A DNA stretch of 64,000 nucleotides from a plasmid, in sequence record NZ_CP093377.1, one strand, 5' to 3'. Below the pieces are notes generated by a model. It searched no databases. It had not been told where the DNA came from and was given only the letters and a program-made list of their open reading frames with translations. Each line of letters begins with the position of its first letter. Position 1 is the stretch's first letter. This document shows positions 38,653 through 49,383 of the stretch, one piece after another. Made by a program: the position numbers and the translations under genes.

Positions 38653-39384
38653 ATGAAATTAAAACAATTAGCCGTTGTTGGTCTGGTCGCTTCTGCTCTG
38701 GCGCTTTCAGGATGTGGTGCCATGTCCACAGCGGTGAAGAAACGTAATCTCGATGTCAAAACCCAGATGAGTGAAACTATCTGGCTGGAGCCATCATCAG
38801 AGAAGACTGTCTATCTGCAGATCCGCAATACTTCCGACAAGGATATGTCTGGCCTGCAGGCACAAATTACAAATGAACTGGCCGCCAAAGGCTACCGCGT
38901 CACCAGTTCTCCGGACACCGCCTACTACTGGATTCAGGCAAACGTACTGAAAGCCGAAAAAATGGATCTGCGTGATGCTCAGGGCTTCCTCAAGACCGGG
39001 TACGAAGGTGCGGCAATGGGAGCGGCACTGGGCGCGGGTATTACGGCGTATAACTCGTCTTCAGCTGGCGCAACGCTGGGTGTAGGGCTTGCCAGTGGCC
39101 TGATTGGTATGGCTGCTGATGCAATGGTTGAAGACGTGAACTACACGATGGTGACCGATCTGCAAATTTCCGAGCGCAGCAAGGCTACCGTTACCACTGA
39201 TAACATTGCAGCTCTGAAGCAGGGAACATCAGGCGTGAAAGTGCAGACCAGCACCGAGCAGGGCAACCGCGCCAAATACCAGACCCGCGTGGTATCCAGC
39301 GCCAACAAGGTGAACCTCAAGTTTGAAGAGGCGAAACCTGTTCTCGAAGCGCAGCTGGCCAAGTCCATCGCCGGCATCATGTAA
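38653..39384 (+). CDS. traT: TraT surface-exclusion lipoprotein
   Basis: Near-identity to F TraT ([30 protein letters not shown] ... [15 protein letters not shown]). Confidence 0.9.
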   Translation: MKLKQLAVVGLVASALALSGCGAMSTAVKKRNLDVKTQMSETIWLEPSSEKTVYLQIRNTSDKDMSGLQAQITNELAAKGYRVTSSPDTAYYWIQANVLKAEKMDLRDAQGFLKTGYEGAAMGAALGAGITAYNSSSAGATLGVGLASGLIGMAADAMVEDVNYTMVTDLQISERSKATVTTDNIAALKQGTSGVKVQTSTEQGNRAKYQTRVVSSANKVNLKFEEAKPVLEAQLAKSIAGIM

Positions 39385-39432
39385 CTGCATAGGCGGTCAA
39401 AGACCGCCCGTTTACCAAAATAAGGAATCAGC

Positions 39433-39765
39433 ATGAAAAAAGCAGGAATTGTGTGTTTATCACTGGTCGTGGCTGTACTCACAGGATGTTCCTCCCCAAA
39501 ATCTACCCCGGAAGAACCAGAAATGACAGCTGCACGCCAGTGCTCTGATCAGGTGCTCACCGCTTCAAAAAATAAAGCGGGTACAACGAAGTTAACGTCA
39601 ATCATGAAAGATGAAGCCACCATTGTTCGGGTTGGTGATTCTTCTCAGGAAACCCATCTCATCAAGGGATTCCCTTACGTTGAGTCCACGTCTGTTGATA
39701 ACGGTAAGCCGGGTTCAACATGGCGCAACTGCATGCAGGCGAAAGGGTTTACTGTTGGTGGTTAA
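39433..39765 (+). CDS. Hypothetical lipoprotein, 110 aa
   Basis: Lipobox LTGCSS. Confidence 0.45.
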   Translation: MKKAGIVCLSLVVAVLTGCSSPKSTPEEPEMTAARQCSDQVLTASKNKAGTTKLTSIMKDEATIVRVGDSSQETHLIKGFPYVESTSVDNGKPGSTWRNCMQAKGFTVGG

Positions 39766-39786
39766 CCAGCTTGGGACAATCGTGAG

Positions 39787-40098
39787 TTAACTGCCCGTCA
39801 CAAGAAAATCTACCGCACTGACGATGATATCCCTCATCTCAGGGCAGTAAATGTGAAAATCGTTTTCATCCAGTTCATGCAGATATACGGTCTGGATAAG
39901 TTGAGTCATCAGAATATACCGTTCACCGTCGATCACGATACTGGGGTTGATTTTGCTCATACCTGGCAGAGAAGGTCGCCAGCGAACAAACGGGATAATC
40001 ACCCGCGTATTGAGATCTTCAAGCTGACCAGATTGTGCAATGACAAAGTACGGATATTCTTCGTTATCTGGCCGCCGGAATATTGAGCCCTGCTTCAT
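39787..40098 (-). CDS. ccdB: CcdB-family toxin
   Basis: 103 aa with a CcdB-like pattern (RVIIPFVRW..., IDGERYILMTQ) immediately downstream of a CcdA-like gene; 4-nt overlap. Confidence 0.65.
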   Translation of the reverse strand: MKQGSIFRRPDNEEYPYFVIAQSGQLEDLNTRVIIPFVRWRPSLPGMSKINPSIVIDGERYILMTQLIQTVYLHELDENDFHIYCPEMRDIIVSAVDFLVTGS

Positions 40099-40343
40099 TT
40101 AAACACTCGCAAACCCGCACTACTGACAGGGATCGCATGTTCTTCAGTGAACCGGTTAGTGGCGGCTATAGCCTCTCTGTTTTCTTCCTTCCATCTTATC
40201 TGTCGCTTTTTGCGAACAACATCCTCCAGGGCTGTGTTCAGCGTGGCTGACAGGTTGATGTTTAACATTTTCGCTTCTTCAACCAGAGCGGCATCAAGCG
40301 AAATGTTCGTGTTTTTCTTTCTGGCTCGCATAGCAGTATTCAT
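40095..40343 (-). CDS. ccdA: CcdA-family antitoxin
   Basis: RWKEENREAIAATNRF matches CcdA RWKAENQEGMAEVARF. Start chosen at the ATG with a GAGGTG RBS. Confidence 0.65.
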   Translation of the reverse strand: MNTAMRARKKNTNISLDAALVEEAKMLNINLSATLNTALEDVVRKKRQIRWKEENREAIAATNRFTEEHAIPVSSAGLRVFK

Positions 40344-40568
40344 GCGCATCACCTCATGTACGTCCAATATGCGCATTACTATAGCGCAGGATTAGCAAAT
40401 GCCCAACTGATGGGCAGCTGTAGCAGAGCGCTTCTGTAGACGATACACAGGCACCGGTGCGTAATTGCCTGATGCCTCTCCACAAACGTTTCGCTTCCTC
40501 GCAGGACTGCGCCAGGCGCAGCCCTGCCTGCGGCGAGCGTTGCATACACAAACGTAAAGGCATTCACC

Positions 40569-40868
40569 ATGAATACAACATTCCTCTCCCGCACCGTAAA
40601 CGTGCTTTTCTTTTCCTTTCTGACTCTGGTCAGCACCATTTATCTGCTGGAAAGATTCGGCGTTGATCTTTTGAAATGGCGGGCCGGGAGTTCATTACTC
40701 CTGACCTATACCTCTGCGCTGTCCGGTGCGGGTTTTGAGTGGGCCAGTGAGCTGAACACCATTGTTATTCTTCTTATTTTCCTGTGCGGCGGCGTGCTGG
40801 TTTCCCTGCTCACGGCTTATCTGTTTCGTGTTATTGGGCTGTTATCGAATCAACTTAAACGTTCGTGA
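40569..40868 (+). CDS. Hypothetical membrane protein, 99 aa
   Basis: ORF track. Confidence 0.4.
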   Translation: MNTTFLSRTVNVLFFSFLTLVSTIYLLERFGVDLLKWRAGSSLLLTYTSALSGAGFEWASELNTIVILLIFLCGGVLVSLLTAYLFRVIGLLSNQLKRS

Positions 40869-40929
40869 TTCAAAGAAATAGTGAACTGAAGCATGCCCTG
40901 TTGCCGGGGCATTTTCACGGGAGGACATC

Positions 40930-41238
40930 ATGCGTTTTGATAGAACAGAAGGCGATCTTGCCGGTTTATTGCACCTTATCCATCTGGAAAGCGAGCTGAT
41001 GGCAGCAAGGGCCTGGATGAATGTATTTGGTTCACTTCCTGAGGGGCAAGGTATGACCATTGTTGCTTTCTGGGCTGGCTATGAATTTACCCTTTATGAT
41101 CTGGAGCCCCGGGAGTGGCATTCACCGGTTTATAAGGATGTGGCTTGGTCAGTCCGTTCTGTGGCTGCATACATTAATAAACAGGACTGGGAGGACGGAT
41201 GTCAGCAGGCCAGGTATGAACTGAGTCAGATGAAATAA
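40930..41238 (+). CDS. Hypothetical protein, 102 aa
   Basis: ORF track. Confidence 0.4.
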   Translation: MRFDRTEGDLAGLLHLIHLESELMAARAWMNVFGSLPEGQGMTIVAFWAGYEFTLYDLEPREWHSPVYKDVAWSVRSVAAYINKQDWEDGCQQARYELSQMK

Positions 41239-41352
41239 CCAGACGATTGCCCCCCACGCGGTACCACTTTTTTTCATCACCCTTTTCAACGTTTCTTTTC
41301 TGATAACACACATCACCGCGCAGGTGATGCGATAACTGCCGGACAACACTCT

Positions 41353-43944
41353 ATGAGCTTCGCAGGAAAAAACCTTACCCAGGGCGGGCAGATGACCGCC
41401 TACCGCTGGCGCATGTTCATTCAGGTGAACAACTGGATAGGATTCTGGATCTTCATCCTGTTCGCCGTACTGACTACCGCCATCTTTCTCTGGCGAATCC
41501 CTCAGGAAGCCCTGGATAACGGTTCCCTGTGGTGGTTCGCCAGTATCAACAGCAGCTTTATTGACCTTATGCCGGCATCGGGAACGCCAAAAATCTACGA
41601 CGTTCACTACTGGTATGCGCCGACCGCGACGGCAATGGTGCTGAAAATGACTTTGCCACAGATTTATACCGACCCGTACATGCAGGCGATGGGCGACCAG
41701 TGTCTGCGCGAGCTGCAATGGGCGGCCGGCGCCAGCGGGCTGTTCAGTATGGTGGTGTTTATCGCCGTGACCTGGTTTATCGCGAATATCGGCCGAAAGG
41801 AGAGCGAGGACGAATATCTCTCCGGCATGCAGCTGACCGACAAGCCAGCGGAAGTGAATAAATTACTGCGCAAAAACGGTGAGATCTCTGATCTGCGCGT
41901 AGGCGACCTGCATATGGTCAGGATGGCGGAGGTACTCAATTTCCTGATGCATGGCACTATCGGGGTGGGGAAGTCGACGCTGATACGCTGGTTACTCGAC
42001 TACATCCGCAGGCGTGGTGACCGGGCCATCATCTACGACTCAGGCTGTACCTTTACCGAAACCCATTATAACCCCTCCACCGATATCATCCTTAACGCCC
42101 ACGATGAGCGATGTGCCAACTGGCAGATGTGGGGTGAGTGCGTTGACGCGGTCGATTACGACAACCTGGCCGCCAGCCTCATTCCGGTAGAAGGGGAATC
42201 CGATCCGTTCTGGGTATCCAGCTCGCGAACCATTTATGCCGATCTTGCAATTCGTATGTCAACGGACCCGGAACGGAGCATTGAGAAGTTCCTCAAAACC
42301 CTTCTGTCCCTCAGCATGAAAAATCTGCGTGACTATCTGGCCAACACGCCCTCAGCCAACCTGGTTGAGGAGAAGATCGAGAAAACGGCCATTTCCATTC
42401 GCTCGGTGGTAACCAACTACGCCAAAGCCCTTCGCTATCTGCAGGGGCTGGATGACGGAACGAAGCCGCCGTTCACCATCCGCGAGTGGATGACGCAGGA
42501 GCGCTATGACAGCAGCTGGCTGTTTATTTCAACCCAGGCACGTCACCGCAAGAGTGTACGCCCGCTTATCTCGCTGTGGGTGTCGCTGGCCACACTGATG
42601 CTGCAGAGCATGGGGGAGAACAGCGACCGCCGCGTATGGTTCATTATCGATGAAGCACCCAGCCTGCAGCGCATACCCGAGCTGGCCGAGACGCTTGCCG
42701 AGGCGCGTAAATTTGGCGGCTGTTTCGTGCTGGGCATGCAGAACATGGCGCAGCTGGTTCACGTCTACGGCCGCGAGCTGGCCAAAAGCATCTTTGACCT
42801 GATGAACACCCGTATGTACGGACGTTCGCCGAGCGCCGAGATGGCCAAAGTGGTGGAAGAGGAACTGGGCAACCAGCGTAAGCGCAAAATCCGTGAGCAG
42901 AACAGCTACGGTCTGGACCAGGTGCGTGACGGTGTGTCCCTCGGTAAGGACGAGGTGAATAACCCGATTGTCGACTACGAGCAGATCATGCGTCTGCCAA
43001 ACCTCAACTTTTATGTTCGCCTCCCGGGTGAGTATCCGGTCGTCCGTCTGAAGCTGAAATACCGCGCGCTGAAGAAACGGCAGGCAGGCCTCATTGAGCG
43101 CAATATCCGCGATGCGCTCAGTCCGGAGCTTGAGAGGGTTATTCAGGAGAACGAGCGCGCAGCGGCTGCTGCAGGTCTGACGTTCCCGACCGGTGAAGAA
43201 GTGCTGGAGAAGGGAAGCGAAATGTCAGCCGCAGCTGACGGTACGGCTCATGTTGCTTCTGCAGGTACGCCGGCATCATCGCCCGTCGAAAAAAAGACAG
43301 CAACACCAGAGACAGCGCCGAAGCCTCCTCAGGGCACAGTGCCTGAACGGAAACAGGTTGCTGTCATGGAGCCTGTTATCTCCGGTTCTGCGACAGTCGT
43401 ACCGGAAGAGGGGGGCGGAAAACACAACATGGTGACACCTCCTGTCACTGCAGAGAAAAAAGATAACGTTGTTTCTCTCCGTTCTGTTGGCGCAATGAAA
43501 AAACCGACTGAAGTACCGGGCAAATTACCGGTCTCCCCCGGAGTGACCGGTCACCCGGGTACCGCTGACTCTGTACAAACAATGCCCGATGCCCTCAAGG
43601 CCCTGCGAAACCGACATCATGTACCGGAACCACCTGTCGCCTCACCTCTGAGCATGCTGCACAGGGCACGCCAGCGGCCGGCCTCTTCGGAAAGCGATCC
43701 GCAGACAGAGGAAAACGGCGGTGAGTCCATGAACCTCGACATGAAAGTGACGGCACTGCCTGACGGCGGCCTGAGTCTGACGACGGCAGGGAAGTCAGTG
43801 ACACCGAAAACCCCGGATGAAGCCCACGGTACTCACCGGCAGCTGGCGCAGGAAGAAGAGAACATTTTACTTCACCGTCACGCGGACGACCCGGGTTACG
43901 ACGAAAACGACCATTACTATTACGACAGAGAGCCTGAATTATGA
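41353..43944 (+). CDS. traD: TraD type IV coupling protein
   Basis: Walker A GTIGVGKST and the motif LVEEKIEKTAISIR shared with F TraD; extended acidic/Pro-rich C-terminus. Confidence 0.9.
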   Translation: MSFAGKNLTQGGQMTAYRWRMFIQVNNWIGFWIFILFAVLTTAIFLWRIPQEALDNGSLWWFASINSSFIDLMPASGTPKIYDVHYWYAPTATAMVLKMTLPQIYTDPYMQAMGDQCLRELQWAAGASGLFSMVVFIAVTWFIANIGRKESEDEYLSGMQLTDKPAEVNKLLRKNGEISDLRVGDLHMVRMAEVLNFLMHGTIGVGKSTLIRWLLDYIRRRGDRAIIYDSGCTFTETHYNPSTDIILNAHDERCANWQMWGECVDAVDYDNLAASLIPVEGESDPFWVSSSRTIYADLAIRMSTDPERSIEKFLKTLLSLSMKNLRDYLANTPSANLVEEKIEKTAISIRSVVTNYAKALRYLQGLDDGTKPPFTIREWMTQERYDSSWLFISTQARHRKSVRPLISLWVSLATLMLQSMGENSDRRVWFIIDEAPSLQRIPELAETLAEARKFGGCFVLGMQNMAQLVHVYGRELAKSIFDLMNTRMYGRSPSAEMAKVVEEELGNQRKRKIREQNSYGLDQVRDGVSLGKDEVNNPIVDYEQIMRLPNLNFYVRLPGEYPVVRLKLKYRALKKRQAGLIERNIRDALSPELERVIQENERAAAAAGLTFPTGEEVLEKGSEMSAAADGTAHVASAGTPASSPVEKKTATPETAPKPPQGTVPERKQVAVMEPVISGSATVVPEEGGGKHNMVTPPVTAEKKDNVVSLRSVGAMKKPTEVPGKLPVSPGVTGHPGTADSVQTMPDALKALRNRHHVPEPPVASPLSMLHRARQRPASSESDPQTEENGGESMNLDMKVTALPDGGLSLTTAGKSVTPKTPDEAHGTHRQLAQEEENILLHRHADDPGYDENDHYYYDREPEL

Positions 43945-46900
43945 TGTCAGTCGCCCCAGTAGCGTCAGCCGGCGAGGCTGCAGGCTACTACAGCAATTCC
44001 GATAACTACTATTTTTTGGGCAGCCTGCAGAGCCTATGGATGGGAGAGGGTGCAAAAGCGCTGGGTCTGGAGGGCAACGTCCGTGGCGATGATCTGACGG
44101 CCGTGCTCGAGGGACGTCTGCCGGACGGTTCACGGCTGGGTAAAGAGGTTAACGGACAGCATGTCCACCGCCCGGGTCATGACCTGACCTTTTCCGCTCC
44201 CAAGAGCGTGTCCATTCTGGCACTCATTGGCAACGATAAAGAAATGGTGGAGGCACATAACCACGCGGTCCGCGTGGCGGCCGGCTATGTGGAGAAGCTT
44301 ATCTCGGCCCGCGACACGAAAGACGGCGTCACGTCCATCGTACATACCGGCAAGATGGTGGCAGCTGCTTACACGCATGACACTTCACGTAACCTCGATC
44401 CGCAGCTGCACACCCACCTCCTGATTGCCAACATGACGGAGTATGCGGGCAAATGGAAAGCCCTGGCCACGGACTATATCCATAACGCCGGCTTTATCGA
44501 AACCGTCATGAAGCATCAGGTCACGCTCGGGAAAATTTATCGCAGCGCGCTGCGTGAACGGGTTGAAGCGCTCGGCCATGAAGTGGAAGAAGTAGGCAAG
44601 CATGGCATGTGGGAGATCAAGGGTGTTCCGGAAGACGTCAGGGACGAATATTCCTCACGGGGCAGGGAAATACAGGGGGCCGTGGGGGCTGAAGCCACGC
44701 TGCGCAGCCGGGATGTGGCCGCCAAAGACACCCGCAGGGCGAAAGTTGACCCTTCGCGTATGCGCCTGATGGAGCGCTGGCTGGGCCAGATGAAGGAGAA
44801 GGGATTTGACCTGAAGGCGTATCAGGAGAGCGTGGTGCCGCGTGATGCAGGTCTTCGCGAGGCACCACCTCTGCCGGCGCGAGAGCATCAGCCGACCCCG
44901 GTTCCTGCCGGGCCTGAGCAGGCATCTCCGCAGACCTCCTCCAGGGCAGAGAAGAGTCCCGACACCCCTGCTCAGTCAGCAGAACGGGAGAGCCTGTCCC
45001 GTCAGCCTGTACCACAGCAGACTGACACGATGAGTCAGCCGGCACTGACCGGTCCCGAAAAGACGCCGACGGCCAGGAGTTTTCCTGCAGCGCAGCGGGA
45101 CACTGAAATACCCCGCCCGGAACTGACTGAGGCTGTCCGGCTGGCCATCTCGCAGCTCAGTGACAGTAAAACACGTTTCACTTTTGGTGAACTTATGCTG
45201 ACCACGGCGGAGCTGAGCGAACAGCTGCCGGAAATTCAGGATATTCGTGTGGCCATCGATGCGGCGCTGAAGGACGGCATGATTGTGCCGCTGGACAGTG
45301 AGAAAGGGGTCTTCACCTCCCGTATTCACCTGCTGGATGAACTCTCGATCCAGGCGCTGAGTCAGGAACATCTCAAATCCACAAAAGTCGTCAGTTTCAC
45401 CCGTCCGGCGCAGTACGCGCCGGCGGCGCTGGAAGTGGTGGAGAAAGACGCCCTGGTTCTGATGAATGCCCCGTCAGGCGTGGCGGGTATCCGTGACCTG
45501 ACCGCGCAGCTGGCCGGTATTGCCGGCGCGAACGGTCGTGACGTGCAGGTGCTGGCCAGCTCTGCCGAGCGCGCCATTTCGCTGGCGAAATCCGACGATT
45601 TACGGGAACGGATCATCAGCCGTCAGCATGTTCTGAGCGGTGATTTCCACCTGAAACCCCAGAGCACGCTGATTATCGAAGGGGCAGAGCGTCTGGGATT
45701 AAAGGAGACGCTGGTACTGCTGGGCGAAGCGCGTGCGCAGGACGCACAGCTGGTCTTTCTCGACAGTGCCGGGCGTCAGGCGAACGGTAATGCCATGTCC
45801 GTGCTGGAGTCCGCGGGGGTTGCCCGCTCCCGCCGCACTGAGCCGGCGCCCGGGCTGGAGGCCGAAGTGGTCAGTATTCCGAACAAACGCGACCGTTACG
45901 AGGCGCTGGCCAACCGGTTTGCAGAGCTGAGCGGAGGCAGTGAAAACGTCACCGCCGTTGTGGTCGGCAGGCGTGAACAGGCACAGCTGACGGGCCTGGT
46001 ACGTGAGGCGCTGCAGAACGCAGGACAGCTGGGGCGTGACGGCGTGGAGATAGAGGCCCGGCAGCCGGTCTGGCTCGACAGCAAAACGCGCCGCATGCCC
46101 GGTTCATACCGTCCCGGCATGGTACTTGAAGATCGCACGGACGCAAAAGCGCGTAAGTCGTATGTGATTGACCGGGTGCATGAGGACACGCGAGTCCTCT
46201 CGCTCATCGACGGGGACGGCGTGCTGACCCGGATGAAAATCGGGGATATCAGCGCTGACTGGCGTCTCTTCAGCCGCGAAACCCTCAGCGTGGCCACCGG
46301 CGAAAAACTGCTGGCCGTGGCGGGGGATCGTGAGCACAGCCTGAAGGCAAAAGACCGTCTTGAGGTGACCGGGATAAGTGAAAAGGGGATTGAGGTGAAA
46401 CGGGGGGAAGAGACCCTGACGCTGCCAAAAGACCAGCCGCTCTACCTGTCACATGCCTACGTGACCGCGCCGGGCGGCCGGGATAACGACACCGGCGTGG
46501 TGCTGGCCGCGCTGAACAGTCGCGACATCTCATCCCAGACCATGAACTCGCTGGCACAGAGTGGTCACCGGGCGGAAGTGTTCACCGCCGAAGTGCAGGA
46601 TCGGGCGGAAGCCCGGCTGCAGCGCATGAAGACCAGTGCCTCTCCCGTGCAGCTGGTCAGAAGTCTGAGTGGCCACGATGACGTCAGCCAGGCGGTTGAC
46701 TCGCTGCATGACAGCGTCCGGACGGACGCCGGGCTGGCCGTCTGGCGTGCCATCAATGACCAGCGCACTGTGGTGTTCAGCGAACTTAAGCTTGCGACGG
46801 AGGCGCATAAATATCATCCCGACCTTGAAGCCATCGGGAATGAAATCGGGGCGATGGTCAAAAACGGCGAGTTACTCTCCGTGTCAGCAGGCGGAGAGCC

Positions 46901-49355
46901 GGTGCTGGTTTCCCGGTCCACATGGGAGATGGAGAAAGCCATTCTGCGTGTGGTGGAGGAAGGGAAAGGTACGCAGCAGCCGTTGCTGGAACAGGTACCG
47001 GAGGCCGTGCTGAACGGACTCACCGATGGCCAGAAAAAGGCGACCACCCTGGTGCTGGGCACCACGGATCAGTTTATCGGGATTCAGGGCTATGCCGGCG
47101 TGGGGAAAACCACTCAGCTGAAGGCGGTGATATCTGCACTGGAGACCATACCGGCGGACGTTCGTCCGGTGATGACGGGTCTTGCCCCGACGCACCAGGC
47201 GGTGAAAGAAATGAGCGACGTCGGTGTCCGGGCGCAGACCATCAAATCCTTTATCGTTGAACATGACCAGGCGACGGCCGCAGGCGGTAAGCCCGACTAT
47301 AAAGGACAGGTGTTTCTTATCGATGAGTCCTCAATGGCAGGCAACCAGGATACGGCGGCCCTGTTCCAGGCCATTGCCAGCGGCGGCGGTCGCGCGGTCT
47401 CGATGGGGGATATCGACCAGTTTGAATCGGTCGACGTGGGCGCGCCGTTTAAGCTGATGCAGGAGCGCAGTCCGATGGATGTGGCCATCATGAAGCAAAT
47501 CGTCCGCCAGAAAGACCTGCAGCTGCGCGGTGCCGTTCACGACATCATTGATAACCGGATCGATGCGGCCCTGCAGCGCATTGAAACCCAGCCGGCTGAC
47601 CGTGTGGCGCGTAGCGCTTCAGCCGCGCTCCCTGAGAGTGCCATTCAGGAAACGGAGACGCCCGTTAACGACATCGTGGCTGACTGGACGGACCGGACGC
47701 CGGAGGCGCGGTCCCGTACCCTCATTATCACCCAGCTGAACGCTGACCGTCGTGCGGTAAATGCCGGCATTCATGCTGTGCTGGCTGCCCGGGGAGAGCT
47801 GGGGGAGAAGGCCATAACGGTGCCGGTGCTCGATAAAATCACCCACACCCGTCATGAGTTTAACAAAACCGATGCCTGGGAAGCCGGGATGGTGGTTAAA
47901 CGCGGCGATCGCTACCAGGACGTGCTGGCCGTTGACCGCAACGGCAGTACGGTCACGGTACGCGATGAGGAGGGGAAGATTGGACTGTATTCCCCGAAGC
48001 AACTCATCACCGGCGACGTGCAGCTGTTTCGCCGCAGCGAGAGGGAAGTCCGCGCCGGCGATCTGCTGAAGTTCACGGCGACAGACAAGGAGCAGGGACA
48101 GATGGCCAGCCAGCGCTATACGGTCGAGTCGGTCAGCGAAACGGGCAATATTCGTCTGAAGGGGGAAAACGGCCGCATCACCATCAATCCTCAGGCGGTC
48201 AGGGCGCAGCAGCATATTGACTACGGCTGGGCCGTCACCGGGTACGGTGCTCAGGGAGCCAGCAGCGATTATGTCATTGCGCTTGAGGGCACGGAAGGCG
48301 GGCGTAAGGCACTTGCCTCCCGTCGCGCCTTCTACATCTCGGCCTCGCGCGTGAAAGAGCACGTCCAGATTTATACCGACGGGAAGGCGGACTGGGTTAA
48401 GGCGGTAAAAACGCCGGAGCGGGATATCAAAACGGCGCACGATGCGCTGGCGCCAGAAACGCAGCGTAAACAGGCGAAAGCCATCTGGGCAATGGGACAG
48501 CCGGTGAATAAAACGGCCATTGGCCGCGCCTGGGTGCGCCATCAGGGTATGCAGAACGCGTCACTGACGGCAAAAATCATCCCGGCCACCCGGCGCTTTC
48601 CCGAACCGGCGCTGGCGCTGCCGGTGTATGACAACAACGGCCGGAGTGCGGGCCTGGCCCTGGTTTCCCTGGTTGCCAGCCCGGAAGGGCGGATGACGCA
48701 GGGGGAGACCCGGATGGTCATGACAGATCGTGCCCGTGGTGCAGTACTGCAGCGGAGTCAGTCCGGAAACACGATTGTGGTCAGTGACCTGGCGGCCGCG
48801 CTCGATGCCGTACGACATCACCCGAAGGACGGCGTGGTCTGGCAGACCGGCGATGAGCCACCATCAGCACATCTGCTGAAAGTCAGCGGAGGTATCGTTA
48901 CGGAGGCCGCATCAGAACACAAACTGATCCGTGACCAGGAGGAAACCACACGACAGACGGAAAAAGACATGCTTAACAAAGCCGCTAAAGCGGAAAAAGA
49001 AAAGAGTGAGACTCAGGAGCGTATTGTTGTGCCGGTGGAGGACGCGGTGCGTATTACGCCCGGGATGCTCGAGGTTGACGACCGAAATGAGCCAACGATT
49101 CCTGACGGAAAAGTGCTCATTCAGGTTGCCAGCTCGGACAGCGTTAGCCACGATGAGATTGGCCGTCATATCAGGGCAGAAAAGGAACCATTGGCCAGCA
49201 AAGTCGCTTCGGAACGTGCGGGAGTCAGCCGCATTGTGAATGAGCTGGCCAATACCGAGCGGGATATTATCCGGCAACCCGAAAATAGCGAGCGCGGCCG
49301 CATGCCGGAGCGTGAAGAACAGACCCTCACCCGAACCATTCAGAAAGAACGTTAA
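43941..49355 (+). CDS. traI: TraI relaxase-helicase
   Basis: MMSVAPVASAG..YYSNSDNYY, HRPGHDLTFSAPKSVS and helicase motifs GYAGVGKTT match F TraI. Confidence 0.9.
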   Translation: MMSVAPVASAGEAAGYYSNSDNYYFLGSLQSLWMGEGAKALGLEGNVRGDDLTAVLEGRLPDGSRLGKEVNGQHVHRPGHDLTFSAPKSVSILALIGNDKEMVEAHNHAVRVAAGYVEKLISARDTKDGVTSIVHTGKMVAAAYTHDTSRNLDPQLHTHLLIANMTEYAGKWKALATDYIHNAGFIETVMKHQVTLGKIYRSALRERVEALGHEVEEVGKHGMWEIKGVPEDVRDEYSSRGREIQGAVGAEATLRSRDVAAKDTRRAKVDPSRMRLMERWLGQMKEKGFDLKAYQESVVPRDAGLREAPPLPAREHQPTPVPAGPEQASPQTSSRAEKSPDTPAQSAERESLSRQPVPQQTDTMSQPALTGPEKTPTARSFPAAQRDTEIPRPELTEAVRLAISQLSDSKTRFTFGELMLTTAELSEQLPEIQDIRVAIDAALKDGMIVPLDSEKGVFTSRIHLLDELSIQALSQEHLKSTKVVSFTRPAQYAPAALEVVEKDALVLMNAPSGVAGIRDLTAQLAGIAGANGRDVQVLASSAERAISLAKSDDLRERIISRQHVLSGDFHLKPQSTLIIEGAERLGLKETLVLLGEARAQDAQLVFLDSAGRQANGNAMSVLESAGVARSRRTEPAPGLEAEVVSIPNKRDRYEALANRFAELSGGSENVTAVVVGRREQAQLTGLVREALQNAGQLGRDGVEIEARQPVWLDSKTRRMPGSYRPGMVLEDRTDAKARKSYVIDRVHEDTRVLSLIDGDGVLTRMKIGDISADWRLFSRETLSVATGEKLLAVAGDREHSLKAKDRLEVTGISEKGIEVKRGEETLTLPKDQPLYLSHAYVTAPGGRDNDTGVVLAALNSRDISSQTMNSLAQSGHRAEVFTAEVQDRAEARLQRMKTSASPVQLVRSLSGHDDVSQAVDSLHDSVRTDAGLAVWRAINDQRTVVFSELKLATEAHKYHPDLEAIGNEIGAMVKNGELLSVSAGGEPVLVSRSTWEMEKAILRVVEEGKGTQQPLLEQVPEAVLNGLTDGQKKATTLVLGTTDQFIGIQGYAGVGKTTQLKAVISALETIPADVRPVMTGLAPTHQAVKEMSDVGVRAQTIKSFIVEHDQATAAGGKPDYKGQVFLIDESSMAGNQDTAALFQAIASGGGRAVSMGDIDQFESVDVGAPFKLMQERSPMDVAIMKQIVRQKDLQLRGAVHDIIDNRIDAALQRIETQPADRVARSASAALPESAIQETETPVNDIVADWTDRTPEARSRTLIITQLNADRRAVNAGIHAVLAARGELGEKAITVPVLDKITHTRHEFNKTDAWEAGMVVKRGDRYQDVLAVDRNGSTVTVRDEEGKIGLYSPKQLITGDVQLFRRSEREVRAGDLLKFTATDKEQGQMASQRYTVESVSETGNIRLKGENGRITINPQAVRAQQHIDYGWAVTGYGAQGASSDYVIALEGTEGGRKALASRRAFYISASRVKEHVQIYTDGKADWVKAVKTPERDIKTAHDALAPETQRKQAKAIWAMGQPVNKTAIGRAWVRHQGMQNASLTAKIIPATRRFPEPALALPVYDNNGRSAGLALVSLVASPEGRMTQGETRMVMTDRARGAVLQRSQSGNTIVVSDLAAALDAVRHHPKDGVVWQTGDEPPSAHLLKVSGGIVTEAASEHKLIRDQEETTRQTEKDMLNKAAKAEKEKSETQERIVVPVEDAVRITPGMLEVDDRNEPTIPDGKVLIQVASSDSVSHDEIGRHIRAEKEPLASKVASERAGVSRIVNELANTERDIIRQPENSERGRMPEREEQTLTRTIQKER

Positions 49356-49383
49356 TCTCCCTTTTAACCATGAGACTCAGACG

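Noticed and set aside
44638-48542. Multiple 60-300-aa minus-strand ORFs inside traI
   Set aside because: Antisense ORFs in a GC-rich, strongly supported 1804-aa relaxase gene.
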